DNA of 64,000 nt from an uncultured bacterium (GTDB taxonomy: Bacteria; Patescibacteriota; Minisyncoccia; Phycocordibacterales; UBA9973), in the NCBI GenBank assembly GCA_903894565.1, contig CAITQP010000011.1, positions 70,515-134,514 on the forward strand, written 5' to 3'. Position 1 is the first letter of the stretch. The number at the start of each line of letters is the position of its first letter. A model generated the notes under the pieces. It saw nothing but the letters and a program-made list of their open reading frames with translations, made no database searches and had not been told where the DNA came from. Below, piece by piece: positions 19,313 to 27,725 of the stretch. The position numbers and the translations under genes are program-made.

Positions 19313-20707
19313 TTAGAAATCTACGTCGTTACTACTGCCGCTACTGGAAGCAGCAAATGCGTCGAGTCCTGCGCCTGTATCGATCGACATGAAGCTTGAG
19401 GTTTTTTCATCCATGTAGAGTTCAATATCGCCGACAGGACCGTTACGATGTTTGGCAATAATAATCTTTGCGATATTTTGTCGATCAGATTCTTTGTTGA
19501 ACCTGTCTTCGCGGTGAATAAACATAACAACGTCGGCGTCTTGTTCGATGGATCCTGAGTCACGGAGGTCTGAGAGTCGTGGTTCTCCACCACGAGCTTC
19601 AACCGCACGAGAGAGCTGTGAAAGGGCGATAACCGGAACATTAATTTCACGTGCGAGTGCTTTGAGCGAGCGCGAAATTTCGGTAACTTGATTCACCATC
19701 GAATCATAGTTTTTGCTTGTGGACATGAGCTGGAGGTAGTCGATAACGATCAATCCAATATTGTGCTCGTTTTTTAGACGACGAGAAATAGATTTGATGT
19801 GCGCAATAGTACTTGATGCTTGATCGTCGATAAAAATAGGAGCCTTTGAAAGACGGTCGAGACCTTCTCGAAGAAGAGTGAAGTCTGAACCACTCGTCGA
19901 AAGTCCTCCCGTACGCAACTGCCATGCGCTAACGCGCGATTCAGCCGCGAGCATGCGGTCTACAAGCTGCTGAGAGCTCATTTCAAGTGAGAAGATGGCT
20001 ACGCCAACATTTTGCTTTGTCGCAGCAAGGCGAGCGAAATCGAGGGCAAGGGTCGTCTTTCCCACGGATGGACGAGCAGCAAGAATAATGAGGTCAGAAT
20101 TTTGAAATCCAGACAACATATCGTCGAGTGCTTTGAAACCAGTTGCGACTCCACGAATCTCACCCTTGTTTGAGTGCAGTCGCTCAAGACGAGTCCAAGC
20201 TTCGCCGAGCGTGTCTTTCAGGGCGAGATATTTTCCACGCTTTGGACTCTCTGCAATTGCGAATATTTCTTTCTCTGCGGTGTCGAGTACATCCTCGAGC
20301 GTAAGCTCTTGGGTGTCATAACCGAGTTCAGCAAGCTTGTCAGCTGATTCAATCAAGCGACGCAGGATATATTTTTCCTCTACGATAGCAGCATAGTGTT
20401 CTGCGTTTGTTGAAGAAGGCACAGAATTCGTAAGTTCAGCAAGAAACTTTGATCCACCGATGGAATCGATCAGCTTTTTCTCCTTGAGGCGATGCGAGAG
20501 TGTCAAAAGGTCGATCGGCTCGTTTTTGGCCGAAAGTTCAAGCATTGTCTCGTAAATCTTGCGGTGCTTGTCGCTATAAAACGATTCAGCTGTAATTCGG
20601 TCTGCAATATCAAGAAGTGTACCTGGCTTCAACATGATTGAACCAAGAACAGCCTTCTCGGAATCGAGACTTTGGGGTGGAACGCGGAGTTTCTTTTCGC
20701 CTGACAT
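19313..20707 (-). CDS. dnaB: Replicative DNA helicase
   Basis: AARPSVGKT, FSLEMS, IDYLQL and SDLRDSGSIEQDAD. Confidence 0.98.
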   Translation of the reverse strand: MSGEKKLRVPPQSLDSEKAVLGSIMLKPGTLLDIADRITAESFYSDKHRKIYETMLELSAKNEPIDLLTLSHRLKEKKLIDSIGGSKFLAELTNSVPSSTNAEHYAAIVEEKYILRRLIESADKLAELGYDTQELTLEDVLDTAEKEIFAIAESPKRGKYLALKDTLGEAWTRLERLHSNKGEIRGVATGFKALDDMLSGFQNSDLIILAARPSVGKTTLALDFARLAATKQNVGVAIFSLEMSSQQLVDRMLAAESRVSAWQLRTGGLSTSGSDFTLLREGLDRLSKAPIFIDDQASSTIAHIKSISRRLKNEHNIGLIVIDYLQLMSTSKNYDSMVNQVTEISRSLKALAREINVPVIALSQLSRAVEARGGEPRLSDLRDSGSIEQDADVVMFIHREDRFNKESDRQNIAKIIIAKHRNGPVGDIELYMDEKTSSFMSIDTGAGLDAFAASSSGSSNDVDF

Positions 20708-20822
20708 GCTCCGATTTTAGCACGCCAGAATATTGGGGGAAGTAGGCAAACAGGGAAAGCGTGTTACTAACGTGTGAATAGCCTCCATCGCGTTTTTGTT
20801 CTCAGTTTGGTATACTCGGAAT

Positions 20823-21767
20823 ATGAAAAAAGTCCTCCTTTCCGGCATTAAACCGACTGGTGATATGCATCTGGGCAACTATTTTGGTGCCATTAAGCAA
20901 TTTATCGACATGCAGGATTCGTACGAATCATATATTTTTATTGCCGACTTGCACGCACTTACAACCGTACGTGACCGAGAAGAACTCCGCAAAAATATTT
21001 TTACAATCGCAGCGACATATATGGCCTGCGGACTTGATCCCAAAAAGGTCACGTTGTTTCAACAGTCTGCAATCGGCGGGGAATTATGCGAGCTTACCTG
21101 GATGTTCAATTGTTTGACCACAGTGCCATACCTTGAACGAGCAGTGGCATACAAAGACGCGATCGCAAACGGTAAAGAAGCGACTGTTGGACTCTTTGAC
21201 TATCCAATCCTCATGGCCTCGGATATTCTGATGCAAAATCCCGATGTTGTTCCTGTCGGCTCTGATCAAAAGCAACATATCGAATATGCTCGAGATACAG
21301 CAGAGAAATTTAATCGCATTTGGAGTGAACAATTCAAGATGCCAGAACCGCTCATTCTTGAATCAACTGGAATTGTTCCAGGAATTGATGGGCGCAAGAT
21401 GAGTAAGAGCTATGGAAATACAATTCCACTATTCGCAAGTGATGCTGAAATTGAAAAGGCTGTCATGAGTATTGTTACGGATTCATCAGGTGATATTCCG
21501 ACAAACGTGTACGCAATACATAAGCTTTTCAAATCTGAAGCCGAACTCGCGCCATTGTACGAAACAAACAAAGGCAAATATAAAGCATCAAAAGACGCGC
21601 TCGCAAATGATATCAAGGCGTTTGTCGCTCCGATGCGCGCTCGATATATAGAACTGTGTGCGAATCCTAGTCTTGTTGAAGATGTATTATCAGCTGGTGC
21701 GAAAGTTGTAAAGGTTCGTGCTGAACAAAAAATGGTCGCTGTTAGGAAATCAGTCGGATTACTGTAA
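20823..21767 (+). CDS. trpS: Tryptophan--tRNA ligase
   Basis: SGIKPTG.MHLGNY, YPILMASDIL, VPVGSDQ.QH.E and KMSKS. Start at ATG 20823. Confidence 0.97.
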   Translation: MKKVLLSGIKPTGDMHLGNYFGAIKQFIDMQDSYESYIFIADLHALTTVRDREELRKNIFTIAATYMACGLDPKKVTLFQQSAIGGELCELTWMFNCLTTVPYLERAVAYKDAIANGKEATVGLFDYPILMASDILMQNPDVVPVGSDQKQHIEYARDTAEKFNRIWSEQFKMPEPLILESTGIVPGIDGRKMSKSYGNTIPLFASDAEIEKAVMSIVTDSSGDIPTNVYAIHKLFKSEAELAPLYETNKGKYKASKDALANDIKAFVAPMRARYIELCANPSLVEDVLSAGAKVVKVRAEQKMVAVRKSVGLL

Positions 21768-22048
21768 TGAATACAAAATACGAAAAAGAGTTTATCGACA
21801 CGTTGATGCGAGTTGCACAAGACAAAAAAACACTTCATAATTTCCTTGTAGGCATTTTAACACCAGCGGAGCACAAAGAAATCGTTACTCGTTGGCAGAT
21901 CGTCAAGCGTCTCGTAGAAGGAGATACTCAGCGAACGATTGCCAAAGATCTTGAGGTGGGGATCGCAACAGTTACTCGAGGAAGTCGTGAACTTACAAAT
22001 CCGGTTGGGAACCTTACTTATATAATTAAGAAGAATTCAAAAAAGTAA
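21767..22048 (+). CDS. trpR: Trp repressor-like protein
   Basis: LTPAE...I.TRW.IV..L...TQR.IA.DL.VGIATVTRGS closely follows the TrpR HTH (GIATITRGS). It overlaps the trpS stop (TAATG). Confidence 0.75.
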   Translation: MNTKYEKEFIDTLMRVAQDKKTLHNFLVGILTPAEHKEIVTRWQIVKRLVEGDTQRTIAKDLEVGIATVTRGSRELTNPVGNLTYIIKKNSKK

Positions 22049-22051
22049 TCT

Positions 22052-22297
22052 ATGGAATTTCTCGTCAACGCAATAAAAATTTTGATCATGTCGATCCTCT
22101 CGATTTTTTATTATCCAATCAATAGTGCGTTTTTGTTCTTACAAAAGCACTACCGCGATTGGCAAGTAAATGATCGTGTATCGTTTTATCTTGCAACACC
22201 GCTCTATTTTCTTCTTTTCCTTGTTACCTCAATACTTTCAATTCCACTTGAACGTATGGGGGAGGCGTACCATCCACCACTCGGAGGATTCCGATAG
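22052..22297 (+). CDS. Small hypothetical membrane protein
   Basis: 81 aa with two hydrophobic stretches, 3 nt after trpR. Confidence 0.65.
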   Translation: MEFLVNAIKILIMSILSIFYYPINSAFLFLQKHYRDWQVNDRVSFYLATPLYFLLFLVTSILSIPLERMGEAYHPPLGGFR

Positions 22298-22317
22298 TTT
22301 TCCATTTATAATTTGCA

Positions 22318-22326
22318 TGGTATAGT
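22318..22326 (+). promoter_or_regulatory. Extended -10 promoter for the aspS leader
   Basis: TGG-TATAGT about 6 nt before the first T-box hairpin. Confidence 0.6.
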
Positions 22327-22332
22327 GCGTAT

Positions 22333-22522
22333 GCCGTCGACTCCGCTGACACGGACGAGGCAAAGAGAAGAAAATCCTCCACAATTGTGACAGGATGAGT
22401 AGACCTCTTCGGGTGCGCCCGTCATAGCGCAGAATGAGTCGAAAAGTAGGGTGGCACCGCGACAAACATCGCCCCTACAAATGTATTATTAATTAATACG
22501 TTTGGAGAGGCGATTTTTGTTT
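22333..22522 (+). ncRNA. T-box riboswitch (Asp) leader with antiterminator/terminator
   Basis: T-box motif AGGG-TGGCACC-GCG (22448-22461); antiterminator GTAGGG/CCCTAC; stem IIA/B-like GCGCCCGTCATAGCGC; GAA/AGTA S-turn; GAC in the loop of the first hairpin; terminator ATCGCC...GGCGATTTTT. Confidence 0.88.
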
Positions 22523-22542
22523 GCCCTCCGGCGCTTTACACA

Positions 22543-23931
22543 GTGAAAGACAGAATTTATACAAGTGAGCTATCAGGCAAAGTTGGTGAGACAGTAGTAC
22601 TCGCAGGATGGGTTGATGTGCGTCGAGATCAAGGCAAAATGGTCTTTTTTGACTTGCGTGACATGAAAGGAATTATTCAATGTATCGTACTTCCAATGCA
22701 TACTGATGCGATTACAATCGCAAAAGAAATTCGTCCAGAATGGGTGCTTCGTCTTGAAGGAAAGGTCAATAAGCGTCCAGAAAAAAATATTAACCCGAAC
22801 ATCCCGTCGGGTGATGTAGAACTTGAGGTGACCGCCATCCAAGTGCTCAACAAGTCTGAAACACCACCATTTGAGTTGAATACTGATACGATGCAAGTTG
22901 GCGAGGATATTCGTATGAAGTACAAATATCTCGATCTCCGTAGTGAGCGCATGCAAAAAAATATTCGCATGCGTGACAAGATCATCACTTTTTTCCGCGA
23001 ATACATGCATCAAAATGATTTCATTGAAATCGAAACTCCAATGATGACAAAGGGTACGCCCGAGGGGTCACGCGAATACGTCATTCCGTCGCGACTCTCG
23101 CCAGGCAATTTTTACGTACTTCCACAATCTCCACAGCAATTCAAACAGCTTTCGATGGTTGCTGGATTCGAAAAATACTTTCAAATTGCGCGATGTATGC
23201 GCGACGAAGATACACGAGGCGATCGTCAGCCTGAATTCACTCAGCTCGACTATGAATTGTCATTCGTCGAGCAAGAAGACGTGATTTCATACACAGAAGC
23301 AATGTATATTGCTATGGTGCAGACTTTGTATCCCGAAAAGAAAATTCAACAGATTCCGTTTCCTCGCATTACATACGCGGAATCAATGGAAAAATACGGA
23401 AATGACAAACCTGACATGCGTGTAAACAAAGAAGATCCCAACGAACTGGCTTTCTGTTGGATTGTAGATTTTCCAATGTTTGAAAAAGACGATGAAGGGG
23501 GAGTTCAGGCCGTTCACCATCCTTTCACATCAGTCAAAGTTGAAGATGCAGAGTTGCTCGATACTGCACCATTACAGGCTCGCGCGAATGCGTATGATAT
23601 CGTGCTCAATGGATATGAGCTCGGTGGCGGGTCAATTCGTATTCATCAGCGTGAGATGCAAAACAAGATCTTTCAGCTACTCGGACTTTCACAGGAGGCG
23701 ATCGAAGCTCGCTTTGGACACATGTTGCAGGCATTTGAGTATGGAGCACCACCACACGGCGGATGCGCACAAGGTATTGATCGTATCGTTATGCTTCTCC
23801 AAAATGAACCAAATATCCGCGAAGTCATTGCCTTTCCAAAGACAGGTGAGGGCAAAGATTTGATGATGGGTTCACCAAGTGAAGTTTCAGAGAAACAGCT
23901 TCGTGAATTAAATATTCAAATTAGAAAATAA
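22543..23931 (+). CDS. aspS: Aspartate--tRNA ligase, short form without the GAD insertion
   Basis: OB fold, [39 protein letters not shown] and GAPPHGG. Confidence 0.96.
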   Translation: MKDRIYTSELSGKVGETVVLAGWVDVRRDQGKMVFFDLRDMKGIIQCIVLPMHTDAITIAKEIRPEWVLRLEGKVNKRPEKNINPNIPSGDVELEVTAIQVLNKSETPPFELNTDTMQVGEDIRMKYKYLDLRSERMQKNIRMRDKIITFFREYMHQNDFIEIETPMMTKGTPEGSREYVIPSRLSPGNFYVLPQSPQQFKQLSMVAGFEKYFQIARCMRDEDTRGDRQPEFTQLDYELSFVEQEDVISYTEAMYIAMVQTLYPEKKIQQIPFPRITYAESMEKYGNDKPDMRVNKEDPNELAFCWIVDFPMFEKDDEGGVQAVHHPFTSVKVEDAELLDTAPLQARANAYDIVLNGYELGGGSIRIHQREMQNKIFQLLGLSQEAIEARFGHMLQAFEYGAPPHGGCAQGIDRIVMLLQNEPNIREVIAFPKTGEGKDLMMGSPSEVSEKQLRELNIQIRK

Positions 23932-23940
23932 ACCAACAGC

Positions 23941-24198
23941 ATGAAAACTTATATTGATTATTTTGAACTGATCGATACGCGCCGAAACGCTCACGCGTTT
24001 CGCGCTGAAATTGAAGAAGTACCTGCGCCAGGTATGTCACCGGAAGCACCAGGTGGCGACGACTGGCGCCGTCGCACCGATGACGACGACACGAGCGATG
24101 GAGATAGTGATGACGACGAAGACAAATATGTCGACACCGATGGTAATCCGGACACACGTGACGTAGATGGATACACGTTTCCAGTTCACAACCGTTAA
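23941..24198 (+). CDS. Small acidic hypothetical protein
   Basis: 85-aa Asp-rich ORF between aspS and a terminator. Confidence 0.6.
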   Translation: MKTYIDYFELIDTRRNAHAFRAEIEEVPAPGMSPEAPGGDDWRRRTDDDDTSDGDSDDDEDKYVDTDGNPDTRDVDGYTFPVHNR

Positions 24199-24207
24199 TA
24201 CGCAGAT

Positions 24208-24241
24208 TAAAACCCGCACAGTTTGTACTGAGCGGGTTTTA
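24208..24241. terminator. Bidirectional terminator
   Basis: TAAAACCCGC.CAGT...ACTG.GCGGGTTTTA. Confidence 0.75.
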
Positions 24242-24259
24242 TAATTGCGGCACAATAGC

Positions 24260-25114
24260 TTATTGTACCCATTTACTTACAAATTTTTGCATTTGACTGT
24301 AACCATCGAGCAAGATTTGTTCTCTTACGCGCCCTGGAGAATAAAACTGCCGGTTTTTTGCAAAGTCTTGCAACAGGATACTGTAATTTCTGCACAACCT
24401 CGTCCTTTGCCCTTCAAAATTAAGTTTATTAATTTGAGAAAATAGTTCAACGTGTGAATCGTCCAGTCCGTAAGGATAAAGTTTACCTAAACGTGAATTG
24501 TATATCAGTGGCTCGTAACACCGAGTGTATTCTTCAGGATCTTGATCAACTTGTGAAATCAGATTATTTACTACACATGTTTTTGAATTCAATTTGTTGA
24601 TAAGATTTAGGTACTGTTGCCACGCTAGACTTGATTTCAGAGTATCTACTCGTATGATTCTATCGAAATCGTGTGGACGATTTGGAAATACCCAATTAAT
24701 ACATTCCTTTTCGTCAGTTGGCACATTAGCAAGGTTATAATCGTTCTTCGGACCTATCGCCGATAATGACACATAGTCGAGTACAACTTTGACCCGATGC
24801 TCAATATCTGGATAGTGTTCACGAAGGTACTGTACGAAATGCGAGCTAAGTAACATTCCGCCATACTGCATCTCGTTGAATGTGTACCCTTCGCTCAGGA
24901 AGGGTTTCATTACCATGACCACCTCGGCTTGAGGGATACCCAGAGCAAGTCGCATTACTGGTGCAATGTAAGATAGGACGCTAAGAGGTATGTCAGCCCC
25001 ATAAACGACATCGCATGTAATCAGTATTGATTCTTCAGGACGAATTTGTCCGAAGAGGTTCCTAACAGCATTCGTGTTAGTGAAGAGCGCTTTAAGCGTT
25101 TTGTTGTAGTCCAT
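24260..25114 (-). CDS. Hypothetical protein (ORFan-like, alpha/beta pattern)
   Basis: Long ORF. The likely start is MDYNK at 25114; the track start at 25237 overlaps the upstream ORF. Confidence 0.7.
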   Translation of the reverse strand: MDYNKTLKALFTNTNAVRNLFGQIRPEESILITCDVVYGADIPLSVLSYIAPVMRLALGIPQAEVVMVMKPFLSEGYTFNEMQYGGMLLSSHFVQYLREHYPDIEHRVKVVLDYVSLSAIGPKNDYNLANVPTDEKECINWVFPNRPHDFDRIIRVDTLKSSLAWQQYLNLINKLNSKTCVVNNLISQVDQDPEEYTRCYEPLIYNSRLGKLYPYGLDDSHVELFSQINKLNFEGQRTRLCRNYSILLQDFAKNRQFYSPGRVREQILLDGYSQMQKFVSKWVQ

Positions 25115-25208
25115 CTTCAAATCTAAAATAATTGATTCTCGCTGTTTTGTTTTCGGTAAGACAAGAGAGACCGGTTTTTTCAGTGGCGAAAAAACAAAAA
25201 CCAGAAAT

Positions 25209-25790
25209 TCAAGAGTGAACAATTGCCGTGAAATCATGTGCTACCCAACGACTGTTCATAATTGTATTGGACAATAATTCAGTTATTCCTCGCTTCTGAA
25301 TTATGTTGAGCCACTCAGGTTGAATCATTGATATAATTCTCCAATGCCAAATAAATAGATTCTCATACTCATTAACAAGAAAGGTATCTGAGCATCGTTC
25401 GAGAGCCTGCAGCACAAATCCTGAAACAGAGACATACATAGGCTCGTCAAGTTTATAGCAACGAGCGTATTCAAGAATGTAGCTTGCGATTAAGTCAGCA
25501 TTGGTTATTGATAGTGTGCTGATTGATTGCAACTGCGCAATTTGCACTGCGTCTTGAGTGTAAAATTCTTTTGGAAGAGGAGAGATTTTACAATTGTTTA
25601 ATTGACCACACATCTTTTCGTTAAGGAATATTTGTAACCTGTAGGATTCGAGAAAATCCTCATATTTTATTTTGCAGTGTTCACAAAATATTTCCCTTGT
25701 CTCACTGTGGAGCCACCACAAGATATAACCACCCCAGTTATGGTCATCAACGTTAGTAGAATACATACATTTAATATTTGTCTGTCGCAT
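25209..25790 (-). CDS. Hypothetical protein (AT-rich, ORFan-like)
   Basis: 193-aa ORF with one CEHC motif; no family recognised. Confidence 0.65.
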   Translation of the reverse strand: MRQTNIKCMYSTNVDDHNWGGYILWWLHSETREIFCEHCKIKYEDFLESYRLQIFLNEKMCGQLNNCKISPLPKEFYTQDAVQIAQLQSISTLSITNADLIASYILEYARCYKLDEPMYVSVSGFVLQALERCSDTFLVNEYENLFIWHWRIISMIQPEWLNIIQKRGITELLSNTIMNSRWVAHDFTAIVHS

Positions 25791-25821
25791 TTGTCGAATA
25801 TTTTTTTGTGAATGAATGTTT

Positions 25822-25927
25822 TAAAAGCCCTGTCCCGAGTATCGGGACAGGGCTAGCTTCGGCGCAACTTTTATTTTTTCTTGCGCAAAGACAATCCTTT
25901 CCCGACACGGGTAGGAGTATGATGATG
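25822..25927 (-). promoter_or_regulatory. Putative His-codon-dependent transcription attenuator overlapping the 3' end of the yerC-like gene
   Basis: CAT CAT CAT (25927-25919), followed by segments able to form 1:2, 2:3 or 3:4 hairpins. The 3:4 hairpin is a 13-bp stem ending in a short U run. Confidence 0.7.
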
Positions 25928-26212
25928 CTTCTTGTTGAGACGAGCGATGACAACTTTGTATCCATCGCCACCTTTGTTGAGCCATTTTGAGACGCGAGCA
26001 ATGGTTGTAGATGAAAGTCCGGTTTCCTTTTCAATCTGAGTGTAGGGGAGTTTGTCCGTGAGCATTTCCGCAGCCCGGTAACGATTGCCAAATTCAGTTA
26101 TCTCAGGTTCGGTGAGTAAGTCACGCAAAAATCGCTCCGCCTCATCTGTAGATTTGAGTGAAAGTAGCGCTTCAACAAGCTTTTTAGTTTTTGTATTATC
26201 AAAACCGCTCAT
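25871..26212 (-). CDS. YerC/YecD (TrpR-like, HisR-type) transcriptional regulator
   Basis: FLRDLLT..EI....R..AA.ML...PY.QI.KETGLSSTTIARVSKWL..G.DGY, plus a C-terminal HHH tail. Confidence 0.9.
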   Translation of the reverse strand: MSGFDNTKTKKLVEALLSLKSTDEAERFLRDLLTEPEITEFGNRYRAAEMLTDKLPYTQIEKETGLSSTTIARVSKWLNKGGDGYKVVIARLNKKHHHTPTRVGKGLSLRKKK

Positions 26213-26218
26213 ATATCT

Positions 26219-26254
26219 ACTATAGCAAACTATAGCACTGTAGTCAACTAAAGC
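26219..26254 (-). promoter_or_regulatory. Leaderless sigma70 promoter overlapped by two tandem 18-bp operator-like sites
   Basis: TTGACT (26247-26242)-N17-TATAGT (26224-26219)-6 nt-ATG. Sites on the plus strand are ACTATA-N6-TATAGC and ACTGTA-N6-TAAAGC. Confidence 0.65.
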
Positions 26255-26335
26255 GTTTGAATTGACTCAAAGTTAGGTAATAGGAGCGATCAGTGTTAGT
26301 GTTAGCACCTTAGTAACTAACGAACGAAGTATTCT

Positions 26336-26449
26336 ATGACAGACGAAACAACGACTCCAGTCGCTACGCAAGTAGAGACACCTGAAGCGACACCAGAAAC
26401 ACCGACAACAGAGGCGCCTGTCGAGACAACTCCTGAAACAGCTGCGTAA
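26336..26449 (+). CDS. 37-aa Thr/Glu/Pro-rich small protein, not in the ORF track
   Basis: MTDETTTPVATQVETPEATPETPTTEAPVETTPETAA, followed directly by a terminator. Confidence 0.6.
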   Translation: MTDETTTPVATQVETPEATPETPTTEAPVETTPETAA

Positions 26450-26463
26450 GCACTGTCACTCAT

Positions 26464-26495
26464 ACAAAAATGACCCGAATTCGGGTCATTTTTGT
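26464..26495. terminator. Bidirectional terminator (perfect palindrome)
   Basis: ACAAAAATGACCCGAATTCGGGTCATTTTTGT. Confidence 0.8.
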
Positions 26496-26513
26496 TGTGT
26501 CAGCTGAGCGTGA

Positions 26514-27623
26514 CTATATCAACTCAATAATTTTCAAGTATATTTCAGTCGCCTTTTCGCAACGCGAGACATCGCAGTATTCATTTGGTTTGTGACTCGC
26601 ACTCTGGTCACCTGGCCCAAGAATAATACCGGGGATTCCCATCTCAGAAAAGAAACAAAGATCCGTGGAATCCTTCGAGAGTCCGATCGTAGTTACGAGT
26701 TTTTTTGCGCAGGCAACGATTTTTGTTTTTGGATCAGTATGTCCTGGGGGAGACGGAGTATATATGACGCGAATGTGTGCACCGAATTTTGTACACAACT
26801 TCTCAACTATCTCAAACGCAGATTTGTGCAGGCTCGGGGTTGTACGAATGTCTATCGTGAATGAACAGGTATCAGGAAATTTGTTCGGCGCGACAGGGTC
26901 GCCGGCTTGGATAGAAGTGATCCCAATCGAAGGCTTGCCAAGTACAGAATCAGTATATGTTTTGCCGAGCTCTATTTCGAGTTTTTTTAACTCCTCAACG
27001 ATATTCATCGCCTCGAGAATTGCATGTTTTTTGATGAGTTCTGGTTGCGCTCCGTGTCCACCATCACCATTTACGGATATCTCTGCGTGAATATTTCCAC
27101 GGTGACCAAGATGAATTTCATCCATGTTCGTTGGTCCACACACTACGGCAGAAATTTCAGTATATTTCAAAGACCATTTCTTTTCAGTAAACCACGCGAG
27201 AAATGATTTTGTACCATCTCCACCCGTTTCTTCTTTACAAACAAAAACAATCCAGACATCGAGCGCTGGCTGTGTCTTGGCGCACGCATCACCGAGTGCG
27301 AGGAGCGACGCGAGGCTTCCTTTGGCATCACTTGCTCCAACCCCATATATTTTGCCGTCGATTTCTATACCACTATCCTTGCCGTACGGTGGAAATTTCC
27401 AGAGTGAAAGAGCGCCAGGAGAAACCGTATCCATATGCGCGTTAAAAATAAGAGCCCGAGTTGTATCTGCGCCCGGAATACGTACATATACGTTGCCTTC
27501 ATGTTTTAGAGGTTTTAATCCTGCGACAAGGAAGTGGGTAAATAAGTAGTCTGCGAGATTACGTTCATGGCTTGAGATAGAAGCAATTTTGACGATGTCT
27601 TTCAATAAATTTGTTGTATTCAT
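26514..27623 (-). CDS. M20/M25/M40 metallohydrolase (ArgE/DapE-like)
   Basis: FNAHMDTV, YGVGASDAKG, EETGG, GGHGA.P and H.PNEY. Confidence 0.88.
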   Translation of the reverse strand: MNTTNLLKDIVKIASISSHERNLADYLFTHFLVAGLKPLKHEGNVYVRIPGADTTRALIFNAHMDTVSPGALSLWKFPPYGKDSGIEIDGKIYGVGASDAKGSLASLLALGDACAKTQPALDVWIVFVCKEETGGDGTKSFLAWFTEKKWSLKYTEISAVVCGPTNMDEIHLGHRGNIHAEISVNGDGGHGAQPELIKKHAILEAMNIVEELKKLEIELGKTYTDSVLGKPSIGITSIQAGDPVAPNKFPDTCSFTIDIRTTPSLHKSAFEIVEKLCTKFGAHIRVIYTPSPPGHTDPKTKIVACAKKLVTTIGLSKDSTDLCFFSEMGIPGIILGPGDQSASHKPNEYCDVSRCEKATEIYLKIIELI

Positions 27624-27725
27624 TTTATATGAAGAATACTGTAGCAGTTCCTCGGCACACGTCAAATTTTAGTTAGGATACTTTGTTTGTGAGAAAGGGT
27701 AAAATAGTCTAAAATAACAGATTAT

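Noticed and set aside
20710-20822. Possible TrpR operator or T-box upstream of trpS
   Set aside because: No convincing palindrome or TGGNACC motif was found, and the gene looks leaderless.
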